Positions 39,912 through 52,739 of a DNA stretch of 64,000 bases are shown here, one piece after another (positions within the stretch are counted from its first letter, which is position 1; every line of letters begins with the position of its first letter). This stretch comes from Takakia lepidozioides (Eukaryota > Plantae > Bryophyta): the NCBI GenBank assembly GCA_030704615.1, contig CM060731.1, positions 3,286,001 to 3,350,000 of the forward strand, given 5' to 3'. The position numbers and the translations under genes were made by a program. The notes under the pieces were generated by a model, which saw nothing but the letters and a program-made list of their open reading frames with translations, did not search any database and was not told where the DNA came from.

Positions 39912-40277
39912 ACATTGGATCTGATTCGTCGAGTGTGTGAGACTTGAAGGCTGGAGGGTATATAAGGTGGTCTCAATGCCCATCACTTCTTTTGTGGCAA
40001 ACACTTTTGTGGCGAGTGAATGTTCTCTATTCCTTGAGCAAGAGTGTAAGCCCAAGAGGAGGGTGCGGACTTTTTGCTGTTGTGGTTTCCACCAGAGACA
40101 CTGCAACAAATTGTCGAAAAGCACAATACTACATGGTGCATTGATCCACTTGGATTGATGCCGTAGTGTTGGGCCATCGCATTCTGTTCTAACTTCTATT
40201 GCTCTTCACAAATCTACCAAGTACACTAGTGTTCTTCGTTCAACCTTAAGTCTGTGGTTAGGGTTTTGGGTGTGAGG

Positions 40278-43051
40278 ATGAGGGAGGAGTGGATCCATTG
40301 GTTCACCATAGCCCCGCACAAAAAGGACGGTGTTCAATGCAATCTTTGTGCATTGAAGCTGGCGAGTCACAAAGATCGCATGTTATCGGCTACAGAGATG
40401 GAAAGAATGCAGGGGTTAGTTTGTGCCCAAAAGCCTCCATGCGAGTGAAAGCCCACTTTGCCCAATGTGGAGGCAATATCCCACCGTCTCTTGATGTGGT
40501 CGCGGCTTCTGAGCCAAACACTCCAGGTTTGAATCAAACTGTCTCTTAGAGTTGTACCCAGAGGGATTCTTGCGCGACGTCTACTGTTCGTGGAAAAGCC
40601 GGTGGGTCAGAAGCAACACCGATTGTACGCCAGCACTTGTACGGACCAGACCATTGAGGCAATAATCAATGCAAGAAGGCTTAAATTTGTCGCACAGGAG
40701 GACTCTGGATAAGAAGTGGGCCCAATTTTTCTACGAGGCCAATATTCCGTTCAATGTCTCGAGGCTTCCTGCGTTTGTGGCTGCTGTCAAAGCCATGTCC
40801 GATTCCAAGTCCACATACACACCTCCGAGTTATCGCGATCTCCGTACAAGATTGCTAGAAGAGGCTATGTCTGACCTCACCCAAAAGGTGAATGAAAAGA
40901 CATGTGATTCTCTCCGGAAATATGGAAGCACTATATGTGCGGACGGTTGGAGTTCTGTTACTAATCGACCACTGTTCAATGTCATGCTGGTCTGTCCTGC
41001 GGGGGAACAATTTTTGGGATCCGTTGACACAAGCGGGGAGAGAAAATATGCACGTTATCAAGCAGGGTTGTTGACGAGTTACATCGATAAAATTGGAGCT
41101 GATAAAATTGTCCAAGTGTGCACGGACAATGCATCTAACATGGTTAATATGGCCGATATTTTGATTGTACGATATCCCCATCTATATTACCAAGGGTGTG
41201 CTGCTCATATCTTTGATCTCCTTTTGGAGGGATTGAGGAAAAGAATCATGGATGAAACAACTAGTAAAAAGGGCAAAGTCGGTTGTGACGTTCATTCGTA
41301 CACATCACATCCCTCTGCCATTGTTTAGAAGGCATGAACCCAAATACAGCCTTAGGAACCCGGGTGAAACCCGTTTTGCCACAAACTTTTTGATGGTGGA
41401 TCGACTGGTGACTGTGAGGGCAAGTCTGGAGCAGGTGATCATTGACCCTCAATGGGATGCGTATGTGGGCACCTTACGCGACTCTCGTAAGTCCAAGTCT
41501 TTGAGCAAAAGTTGGAGGGTCCGCACAATCATTCGCTCCGACGATTTCTGGGCGAAATGTGCAAATTTTGTGTACATGGTGGAGCCGGTGTTGATTGCTT
41601 TACGGGAGTTTGATGGAAAACAACCAATAATGGGTAAAGCATGGTTGATATTGGAAAACCTTGAGAAGCACGTGCAATCCTTGAGGCGTCCTCCATCTTC
41701 TATGGACGACAATTTGGCAGCAAGGACCGATGATGCATTTTACGACCGCAAACGAATGGTTCGCACGGACTTGCATTATGCGGGGGCCTTGCTGAATCCA
41801 TTTTTGCTGGACAATACGGATTTGAGAGACGATGTGGATGCCAAAGCCGGGCTTGTACGGGTCATCATGCAACTTGCGCCCTTGAACATGGCAGAGCGAG
41901 CGTTGTCCGAGTACCAGTGCTTCTCGGATCGGCAGAATCATTTCTATGACATGTCGGATCCAAAAGCAATGAACATGTTGCCACATGAATGGTGGGATCT
42001 GATTGGAGCTGGAGCAAGAACGTTAGCTCTCATTGCAAAGCGTATTCTTGCTCAAGTGTGCTCTGCCTCGTCCTGTGAGCGGAACTGGAGCAGTTACTCG
42101 TTTGTTCACAACAAGATTCGCAACAGGTTGAATCCTGCCAGGGCTGACAAATTGGTTTATGTCTACACAAATTGTAGGCTACTGCGAAAGAGGAGAGCAA
42201 GTGACGCATCTGCATGGTACGAGAAGAATCTGTTGTCTGAAGAATCTGCCTCAGAGGTCCAATCTAGCAGCAATGATGACACTGATGCCGCGAGGGACTC
42301 CGACTCTAACGGTTGGGATGGGTCCAATGATGTGGGCAATCCTCCACATGACCCATATGAATTTAATGATGATGATGCTGCAATGCATCCATCCTTCGAT
42401 GACCTTGTTGTTGATGAACTGCGACATGGTGTCATCCCAATTGCGGACCCTCTTCCCCCAGTGGAGCACACTCTCAACAATGAAGTTGAGGTCAACTCTC
42501 CCCCACCACGAGTTCCACGGACTGCGGGAGATGTGCAGGTCGAATCGTCGGATGATGACAACCGGCCGTTGTCATTCCTTCACCGACATCGTGCCCATGT
42601 GAACCGTGCTTCATCTCACCCCGCTCCATCTCATGTTTCTCTTTCTCAAACCGGTCCATCCCATGCTAGTCCATCTAGTCTCTCTCCCCCTCATGTAATT
42701 CCTTCCATCGCTACTCCGATCCTGGAAGATGGTTCTTCTACTGCGGGACTTCTGCAAGTCGAACCATCGGATGATGACGACCGGCCATTGTCATTTCATC
42801 TGGCCCGACGACGTCCGTATGTGAATCGTGCTCCTTCGACCCTCGCTGGTCCATCTCATGCCCTTTCCTCTCATGTCGGCCCCTCTGATGTACGTGCGAG
42901 TAGCCTTCCTCATACGAGACTTGCTCCAAGGCCACCACGAAATCCGGGACAAGCCCAGAAACGGCAGAGAATTGTGCAACCTTTTGTTGGTGACCGACCT
43001 GTGAACAGGTCTGATACCCTAGATGGTATTCATGATAGGAGTGGAAATTGA
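40278..43051 (+). pseudogene. hAT transposase (BED finger, DUF659-type core, dimerisation domain, long disordered tail), frameshifted
   Basis: WIHWF..QCNLC; ICADGWS, QVCTDNASN, CAAHIFDL, GETRFAT, WW..SASSCERNWS..RNRL..KLVYV. Confidence 0.92.
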
Positions 43052-43580
43052 CCAGAGAGACAACTGAACGTACTTCGAGGACGACTACAGGTCCAACGGC
43101 CAGTTGTCTCTGGAAACGAAAGAACAAATGGAGATCATGATTCTAGCACTGATCATGGGAACGGGGGTGAAGTGAGTGGGGACGAAGATTTTGTACTAGA
43201 CGTGAGATCATACCATCGTCGTGCCAGACGGAATTAGGTACAGCTATAACTTCTGCGACCTGTCACATGATGTGTAGTATGTTTCCATGGATATCCATGT
43301 TTCAGTTTGGGTACATGCATACGTGTACGGAAATAAAAATGGTGGAATATGTGTACCCAAGAAAGGGTTTGGTGGTTGTGCGTGTGTTTGTGTTTCGTCA
43401 TTACCTTTACATTGTTGATTTCCTATTATGGTTTCGAAAGCCACAAAAGCCAGGTGCTGCTCCCAACATTCATCTTCCCCTTCACAAATCCATGGGGAGT
43501 CGATACATGTACTTTTCATCTGCCTCTCCAAACATACATACAGGTGCAAGAGGACCAACCTATTTTAAGAAAAACAATTG

Positions 43581-44225
43581 TGTGACCACCAGTAACGATC
43601 GTCGCAACTGTTAAGATAAAATAAAAATGTTGCGACCACCCCCCTGCTGGTAGTCACACCTATTTACTGATTTATTGATTACCCCTGCTGGTGGTCGCAG
43701 ATTTTATTTTATTTTATTTTGGGAGACACTTGGGAGGAGCGACAGCTCACAAATCAGGCCCCTTAGTAGTGAGAGGAGAAAATAACCTCTTTCATTTATG
43801 CACCAAGAGGCGTAGGAATGGGGCACCACACACGAACCATACCACACCCATCAAGTAGCAAGATTTGACCCCAGAATTGTCCGGGTCGCACTCAGTACAC
43901 TTAACCAACTGAACTACTGACTGTAGGTAGATATTAAAAAATCGGAAAATTATGCGACCATCCCCCTACGACCACCCCCCTGCTAGTGGTCGCATTTATT
44001 AAAGAAAAAAAAATAGTGCGACCACCCCTCTGCTGGTTGTCACGCCTATTTATATATATATATATATGCGACCACCTCCCTGCTGATTTTAAAAAAAAAA
44101 TCTGCGACCACCCCCTGCTGGTGGTCACACCCATTAAAAAAATTAAAAAAATCTGCGACCACCCCCCTGCTGGTGGTCACACATAATAAAGAAAAGAAAA
44201 AAAGATGCGACCACCCCTGCTGGCG
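43581..44225 (-). repeat. Palindrome array 2 (~10 units), interrupted at 43702-43930
   Basis: TGCGACCACCCCCTGCTGGTGGTCGCA units with A-tract spacers; TATAA at 44291. Confidence 0.9.
43702..43925 (-). mobile_element. Possible tRNA-derived SINE
   Basis: Minus strand A-box TAGTTCAGTTGG, B-box-like GGGTCAAATC, (AAAAT)n tail; no clear TSD. Confidence 0.4.
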
Positions 44226-44658
44226 GCTGCAGCTATGAATAGCGTGCACAGTCAGGATGACAGCGCGCGCCCCAAGTGTGGAGGGGGGCTTATAAGGCCT
44301 TGGAGGCCATTCTCTCCCTCACTTTTCTCCACACCAGGACTTGGTGGGCAATGGGATGTTGCATTCCTTGTCATTGAGTCCAAGTGGAGAGAGGTGCTAT
44401 TGGTTGGGTGGGGGGTATTCTGGGCCGTTGGATTCTACGAAATCGATGCTAAGTACCTCCCGGGAAGCCCTCCTCTAGCACCCACGTTTTTTTCATTGCA
44501 CATTGCGTCATATCACTTAGAACTGCCGAGGGAGTGACACGTGCCTCTAGTACTTGGGGAGGATTCATTAGGGAGTAGGATTAGGTACGATTTAGGAGGG
44601 TTGGGAGAGCATTTTTCTTAGCAAACACCTGTCGAGTAGGGATAAGCCAAAGCCATAA

Positions 44659-47064
44659 ATGGCGGAGGAGGAAGACAAAGGAGGTCATCCCAGGGATGAC
44701 GATAATGAACCTAGACCTCCCAAAATAAAACCAAAAGGGGCCAGGCGCGAACTTTGTTGGGACATATACAATGACCCCAACATTCTCGCGGAACCAGGTT
44801 GGGAAGTTTGGAAGTTGGGGCAGCGGTGGTCGCTTGGTGACTGCAGGAAATTTGTGGACTGGTGTCACATAAATCGTTTGTGGCCCAGAGATAGGCATGA
44901 TCCACAAACCAAACAAAATCAAGCTAGCTTGCATTCTTGCGCCAACCCGCATTTCCGCCACAGGGCAGAGGAGGTACATACAACATTGTGGGATCAACCG
45001 CTCGTCAACAACAAGGTCCCCTATTTATTTGCGGCCATGTTGTACACAGAGTTGATTTTATTGCGACCAGTGGATTGGCAAACTGCCACTGCGAGACAGC
45101 GTACTAGACTATACATGTTCTCTGATATCCTAGACTTGTATATATATCAGGGGCAGGACATCATACGGTTCGATGGAAACAACGAGGTGGAAGAAGGAGG
45201 AAAGGCGGATGGAAACGACGATGTGGAAAAAGGAGGAAATGTAGACCAACCTCCAGATTATACGCTGCAACAGGTCTCCGCAGCCGGGCCTTCAACGTCT
45301 GAGGTGGAGGGGGGCGAGGTACGCTCTCCGTTGGAGGAACAATTGGCCGCACATGAACAACACATCAAAGACCTGCAGGACATTGTTCATTTGCAACGGT
45401 GGCAACTAGCGAAGTTGCTGGAAAGAATGGGGTTGGGCACTCTCGACAGCGTACGCGGTGTGCTTCAGGACCCGAGGCCAATCACCAACGAGCAAGACAT
45501 ATTGGCACGTTTGAATATGCCACCAATGGACATTGACCGCGTCATCGACGGGGTTGACTCAATCGGGCATGGGAATGAAGTGTAAACGTCTGAACTGGAC
45601 TCGGCGAGGGTTGAGGAAGAAAGACTTGCGGCGGAGAGGGCAAGAAAAGGGAAGGACCCCATAATGAAAACTAGGGAATGTTCAAAACATCGGCCCAAGA
45701 ACAGGAATTAGAGCAGCTTGTGGGGGAACGCGAGCAAGCTAGGGCTGTTGCATATCGGTACTCAAGTGCCATGCAAATCCGATCGTGGCCATGGTTGAAG
45801 GGGAATTGGCGGAACTGGGTGACATGGGCAGGCCATCTAGCATCGCGGGAAACACAGATAGAAGAAGCGTTGTCCTCCCTCCAACGTGCAGCACGTTTGT
45901 CGAATCGAAGCGTAGATAGCATCTATGCTAATTTGCAAAGGCACGACATTGTGCGTGATGTATTCACGTCGAAGTACACTGGATTCACCACATGGGGTGA
46001 TGTGCATGCCATGTTTGAGCACTGTGTGCATACAATTTCCGATACCAATAACAGCATAAACTGGGATTTGGAAGTAGAGGAGGAGTGGGACACCAGGCCG
46101 AGGATGTCATCCTTCATTAATGCGGATAAACGGACGTGGATACCACAGAGCAATCCAGCGTCATGGGTAACAGATGGTACGGTGTGCACAACGTGCCTAA
46201 ACCCTTATGGACTGGAGGGAGGCTATATGCTTGGTTCATGTGGCCATTTGTTCCATCCCACATGTCTCATATCAACAGCCATGCGAGCCAGCCAATGCCC
46301 TAACTGCCGTGGACCAATCCATCGACGTTCTACGAGTTGTTTGGGTTGCAAGACAATATGCCCACGGGATACGAGTACAACCGGTACAACATGCCATTGG
46401 ATGTATCGCCTTACGATTTTTTAAATTGGCAGCACTGGGGGGAGACAAGGACATGGGATGCTCCAAGAGAGATGCATGCCTTGGATGCGAAGACGTTAAC
46501 TAGGGTTAAAGATCCGGTGACCTTTTGGGTGACATCCAACTGGGAAATAACCGTGCGTGCTAGAGGCATACGGGACCCAGTCCAAAGGGAGCTTTTTGCC
46601 GGAACTTGGGAGGGCATTGGAGCTGTATCAGACAAAGATTCTTCCGACTGCCTGAGGATCCGTGGGTGCCAGCGGAAAACGACCCATACAATCGCGAACC
46701 AATTGGGAGAGACCTATTTCTGAGGGAGTTGGAGGCCGCTAGCATCCGTTGGGAGAATATGAATGAGACGTACTGGGTGCCTCGTCGGGATGATGGGCCA
46801 TTTCTTCCAGAGTTGCGCAGAGACCCCCAGCAGGAGGAGGTGTTGGACAATTTCAAGGCTGTCATCACGAGTGTGGAAAAGTATTGGCAGAACACATGGC
46901 GTGACCAAGTTGCCCCTATTCCAGGGATATTCTTGCTACTTCCAAACATATCGGATTTAATTGAAAAATTGCATGCCGCCGTAGCAAGAGCGACACACCC
47001 GGCTCTAGCAAATGTGGAAGAATGTCGCACACCTCACTTCGGTAAGCTTCCCTTCAAGTCATAG
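44659..47064 (+). pseudogene. ~800-aa cargo gene: unknown N-domain, coiled coil, RING-H2 finger, unknown C-domain; one stop plus frameshifts
   Basis: ORFs 44659-45585, 45678-46424, 46337-46723, 46606-47064 abut; CTTC..CGHLFHPTC..CPNC. Confidence 0.75.
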
Positions 47065-48029
47065 TTACTCGCTTGATGCGTGCGCCTAACTCCCAAACTG
47101 GCCGCCGGGCCAACTCGGAGCTTCGGCTGCTCACCGGGGCATAACGGTCCCCATTTACTCCTCCACAAGACCCTCTCCTAATTTGGGCCTAGTGGAAATT
47201 CCCTTTGGTCGATGGCAGTCCGGAATAGCTCCCCACACCTTGGTCGCTTTCCGGCTCGCACACTTACTCACTAGTTTTTGGACACCAACGGGCTTGCACC
47301 ATTCTCGGGGTTACTACTCCCTATATATACTTCTGTGACTGTTCGCGGGGGTTTCACAAACAACACCACCATTTTATGGCGAACCACCACGAAAACCCTC
47401 GATTCCCGGTGATGAGTCGCGGTGAGTCTTGGCCCACCCACCACGGTCCCCTTGGACTGTGATGAGTCCCAAGACTCCCCACGACTCCCACCACAAGGTC
47501 TCCACCCCCATGGTGAGTCCTATGCCACCCCCACTAAGCCCCACTAAGCTACCACCACCCTTTGTGGAGCCACCCCCACCGCAACCCGGTGTGCGGGGCT
47601 CTACCTAGTGAGTGCCTCCGCCTCCTCGAGTGCCTTGGGCACTCGAGGTTGCTTCAGCCCCCCGTACCTATTGCTGCCACCGCCCCCACCACAGGGACAG
47701 CCCCTCTGTGTCCCGACCCCCTGCCCTCAAGGCAAAGGGCCGTGACAAAGATAGTCAGCACTCGCCTAGAACGCTACGCATGATGGCAAGGGTGGACCAC
47801 ACAACACTGGGTCCCTCTTTGACCACTCGAGCTCTCCGAACTGGTGGAGGCACGTCCTCTACACCCAGAGCATCTTCATCAACATCTGGAGATGACGACA
47901 ACGAAGTAATAAATCTAGATGAAGATGACTAGAAAGGCTAGAAACGTAGGGAGTAGGCCAAAGGTCTCAGGTTGCGAAAACTTAAATGTGCAACCCACTG
48001 TATAGTCTACGTAATTTTTGGAAATACGA

Positions 48030-48420
48030 GGTTCATCCTTTGAACCATTTTTGAATGACCTCATACTTGTTCGGTACCTGTTTGACGGCATGTACAATAT
48101 ACTGGCAAAGTTTCAAAACAATCAAAAATTGTTGAATGAAGATACCATTGGTTCACCCATTGCAATATTTTAAATCGAACTCATACTTGTCCGGTACCTT
48201 TAAGAGGGCATGTACAATGCAATGGCAAAGTTTGAAAGCATTCAGAAATCAGCACATCAAGTAACCATTGGTTCCTCCTGTGAACCATTTTTTATTGATC
48301 TCATACTTCTCCGGTCTATGTAAGAGGCATGTAGAACATACTGGCAAAATTTCAAATCATTCAAATTTTTTTTGATCAATGAACCTTTGGTTTATCCTTT
48401 TCACCATTAACGATTAATCG
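48030..48420 (+). repeat. ~120-bp tandem units (forward block 1)
   Basis: GGTT(C/T)..CC at ~48030, 48149, 48269, 48389; CTCATACTTGTCCGGTACC..GGCATGTA..GGCAAAGTTT. Confidence 0.85.
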
Positions 48421-48454
48421 CAAATAAATGAACAGACGCATAAATCATTTGCCT

Positions 48455-51400
48455 CCAAATGATTTTGGTTCGCTTTGAGATTTGGCCAGTATCTTCAATG
48501 TACCATGGAAAAGGCCCTAGAGTAATATGAGATCAATCGAAATTCGTTCAATGGGCCAACGGATGGTTGCCCATCCAAATGATTTTCATTCGCTTTGAGA
48601 CTTGGCTAGTGTGTTCAATGTACCCTCTGATAGGTCCTAGTGCAATATGAGATCAATCAAAATTTGTTCAATGGGCCAATGAGGCGTTCAGTTGTCATCT
48701 GGTTTTTGTTCATTACGAAAAAGAAATCCTGCAATGCGTGCACGGCTATTGCACCCATTGTGCGTGCACGGATGTGGTTGAAGCCCCTCTTTTGCCTGCA
48801 TGTGCTTGAACATGTGTGCAACACATGTGCGGAGACACAACAGACGAATAAATCATTTGCCTCCCCATCGACACCAAGCCATTCCATAATGTAATTGAAT
48901 TTAAATTAATTTTAAGCCAATAAATAGGTTTGCACTGCCTTTCATTGGGGGTTTCTGGCACGTATCGATTTTGTTTTTGGCTCAATTTTGTTCTGCGGCT
49001 TTCAGCATCCCACCACTACTCCCCGGCCAAAATTTGGACCAATAAAAAATGCCCCAAAACAAAAGTGTTCTCTTCGTTCACTATTGCAAAACTCTCTATG
49101 AAGAGTGCATGAAGTTGAACACAAATCAAGTTTGGAGTGCAAAACAAGGAAGAAACTGTGGTTTTGGGTCCAAATGAATTATGTTCGCTCCCAAATTTGG
49201 CACGCACGTTGCATATGGCTGCATTACACGCCCCATTCAAAAACCAAATGAAAAAAAATCGTGAGCACACGAAACACAGTCCAACAGGTCCCAAAGCAAT
49301 AGCAGATCCAACGGAATACATTCAACGGGTGAACGGATGGTTGCCCATCCAAATCATTTTTGTTTGCTTCCAAATTTTGCCAGTACGTTCAAGACACCTT
49401 CTCACAGGTCCCGGACTAATATCAGATCAATCAAAATTCATTCGATGGCTCAACAGATGGTTGGCCATCGAGATGATTTTAGTTCGCTTTGAGACTTGGC
49501 CAGTATGTTCAATGTGCCATGGAAAAGGCCCCAGAGAAATATGAGATCAACCGAAATTCGTTCAATGGGCCGACGGATGGTTGCCCATTCAAATGATTTT
49601 CGTTCGCTTTGAGACTTGGCCAGTGTGTTCAATGTACCCTCTGATAGGTCCTAGTGCAATATGAGATCAATCAAAATTTGTTCAATGGGCCAATGAGGCG
49701 TTCAGTTGTCATCTGGTTTTTGTTCATTGCGAAAAAGAAATCCTGCAATGCGTGCACGGCTATTGCACCCATTGTGCGTGCACGGATGTGGTTGAAGCCC
49801 CTCTTTTGCCTGCATGTGCTTGAACATGTGTGCAACACATGTGCGGAGACACAACAGACGAATAAATCATTTGCCTCCCCATCGACACCAAGCCATTCCA
49901 TAATGTAATTGAATTTAAATTAATTTTAAGCCAATAAATAGGTTTGCACTGCCTTTCATTGGGGGTTTCTGGCACGTATCGATTTTGTTTTTGGCTCAAT
50001 TTTGTTCTGCGGCTTTCAGCATCCCACCACTACTCCCCGGCCAAAATTTGGACCAATAAAAAATGCCCCAAAACAAAAGTGTTCTCTTCGTTCACTATTG
50101 CAAAACTCTCTATGAAGAGTGCATGAAGTTGAACACAAATCAAGTTTGGAGTGCAAAACAGGGAAGAAACTGTGGTTTTGGGTCCAAATGAATTATGTTC
50201 GCTCCCAAATTTGGCACGCACGTTGCATATGGCTGCATTACACGCCCCATTCAAAAACCAAATGAAAAAAAATCGTGAGCACACGAAACACAGTCCAACA
50301 GGTCCCAAAGCAATAGCAGATCCAACGGAATACATTCAACGGGTGAACGGATGGTTGCCCATCCAAATCATTTTTGTTTGCTTCCAAATTTTGCCAGTAC
50401 GTTCAAGACACCTTCTCACAGGTCCCGGACTAATATCAGATCAATCAAAATTCATTCGATGGCTCAACAGATGGTTGGCCATCGAGATGATTTTAGTTCG
50501 CTTTGAGACTTGGCCAGTATGTTCAATGTGCCATGGAAAGGCCCCAGAGTAATATGAGATCAACCGAAATTCGTTCAATGGGCCGACGGATGGTTGCCCA
50601 TTCAAATGATTTTCGTTCGCTTTGAGACTTGGCCAGTGTGTTCAATGTACCCTCTGATAGGTCCTAGTGCAATATGAGATCAATCAAAATTTGTTCAATG
50701 GGCCAATGAGGCGTTCAGTTGTCATCTGGTTTTTGTTCATTGCGAAAAAGAAATCCTGCAATGCGTGCACGGCTATTGCACCCATTGTGCGTGCACGGAT
50801 GTGGTTGAAGCCCCTCTTTTGCCTGCATGTGCTTGAACATGTGTGCAACACATGTGCGGAGACACAACAGACGAATAAATCATTTGCCTCCCCATCGACA
50901 CCAAGCCATTCCATAATGTAATTGAATTTAAATTAATTTTAAGCCAATAAATAGGTTTGCACTGCCTTTCATTGGGGGTTTCTGGCACGTATCGATTTTG
51001 TTTTTGGCTCAATTTTGTTCTGTGGCTTTCAGCATCCCACCACTACTCCCCGGCCAAAATTTGGACCAATAAAAAATGCCCCAAAACAAAAGTGTTCTCT
51101 TCGTTCACTATTGCAAAACTCTCTATGAAGAGTGCATGAAGTTGAACACAAATCAAGTTTGGAGTGCAAAACAAGGAAGAAACTGTGGTTTTGGGTCCAA
51201 ATGAATTATGTTCGCTCCCAAATTTGGCACGCACGTTGCATATGGCTGCATTACACGCCCCATTCAAAAACCAAATGAAAAAAAATCGTGAGCACACGAA
51301 ACACAGTCCAACAGGTCCCAAAGCAATAGCAGATCCAACGGAATACATTCAACGGGTGAACGGATGGTTGCCCATCCAAGTCATTTTTGTTTGCTTCCAA

Positions 51401-52712
51401 ATTTTGCCAGTACGTTCAAGACACCTTCTCACAGGTCCCGGACTAATATCAGATCAATCAAAATTCATTCGATGGCTCAACAGATGGTTGGCCATCGAGA
51501 TGATTTTAGTTCGCTTTGAGACTTGGCCAGTATGTTCAATGTGCCATGGAAAAGGCCCCAGAGTAATATGAGATCAACCGAAATTCGTTCAATGGGCCGA
51601 CGGATGGTTGCCCATTCAAATGATTTTCGTTCGCTTTGAGACTTGGCCAGTGTGTTCAATGTACCCTCTGATAGGTCCTAGTGCAATATGAGATCAATCA
51701 AAATTTGTTCAATGGGCCAATGAGGCGTTCAGTTGTCATCTGGTTTTTGTTCATTGCGAAAAAGAAATCCTGCAATGCGTGCACGGCTATTGCACCCATT
51801 GTGCGTGCACGGATGTGGTTGAAGCCCCTCTTTTGCCTGCATGTGCTTGAACATGTGTGCAACACATGTGCGGAGACACAACAGACGAATAAATCATTTG
51901 CCTCCCCATCGACACCAAGCCATTCCATAATGTAATTGAATTTAAATTAATTTTAAACCAATAAATAGGTTTGCACTGCCTTTCATTGGGGGTTTCTGGC
52001 ACGTATCGATTTTGTTTTTGGCTCAATTTTGTTCTGCGGCTTCCAGCATCCCACCACTACTCCCCCACCAAAATTTGGACCAATAAAAAATGCCCCAAAA
52101 AAAAGGTGTTCTCTTCGCTCACTATTGCAGAACTCTCTATGAAGAGTGCATGAAGTTGAACACAAAATCAAGTTTGGAGTGCAAAACAGGGAAGAAACTG
52201 TGGTTTTGGGTCCAAATGAATTATGTTCGCTCCCAAATTTGGCACGCACGTTGCATATGGCTACATTACACGCCCCATTCAAAAACCGAATGAACAAAAA
52301 AATCGTGAGCACGCGAAACACAGTCCAACAGGTCCCAAAGCAATAGCATATCCAACGGAATACATTCAACGGGTGAACGGATGGTTGCCCATCCAAATCA
52401 TTTTTGTTTGCTTCCAAATTTTGCCAGTACGTTTGAGACACCCTCTCACAGGTCCCGGACTAATATCAGATCAATCGAAATTCATTCAATGGCTCAACGG
52501 ATGGTTGGCCATCGAGATGATTTTGGTTCGCTTTGAGACTTGGCCAGCATGTTCAATGTGCCATGGAAGAGGCCCAAGAGTAATAAGATCAACCGAAATT
52601 CGTTCAATGGGCCGACGGATGGTTGCCCATCCAAATGATTTTTGTTCGCTTTGAGACTTGGCCAGTGTGTTCAATGTACCCTCTGATAGGTCCCAATGTA
52701 ATATGAGATCAA
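48455..52712. repeat. ~1014-bp tandem repeat, ~4.2 near-identical copies
   Basis: Same ORF starts recur at 48640, 49654, 50667, 51681. Confidence 0.95.
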
Positions 52713-52739
52713 TCGTTAACGATTAATCATGAATCATCC

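Noticed and set aside
47986-48000. ATGTGCAACCC matching the reverse complement of the hAT left end
   Set aside because: Terminal TG displaced by 2 nt, no CCTTGTAG TSD, no ACGTC subterminal motifs; better mirror lies at 57.2 kb
48640-52654. Recurrent short ORFs in the 1014-bp repeat
   Set aside because: Present on both strands, no domain motifs, recurrence is only due to tandem duplication
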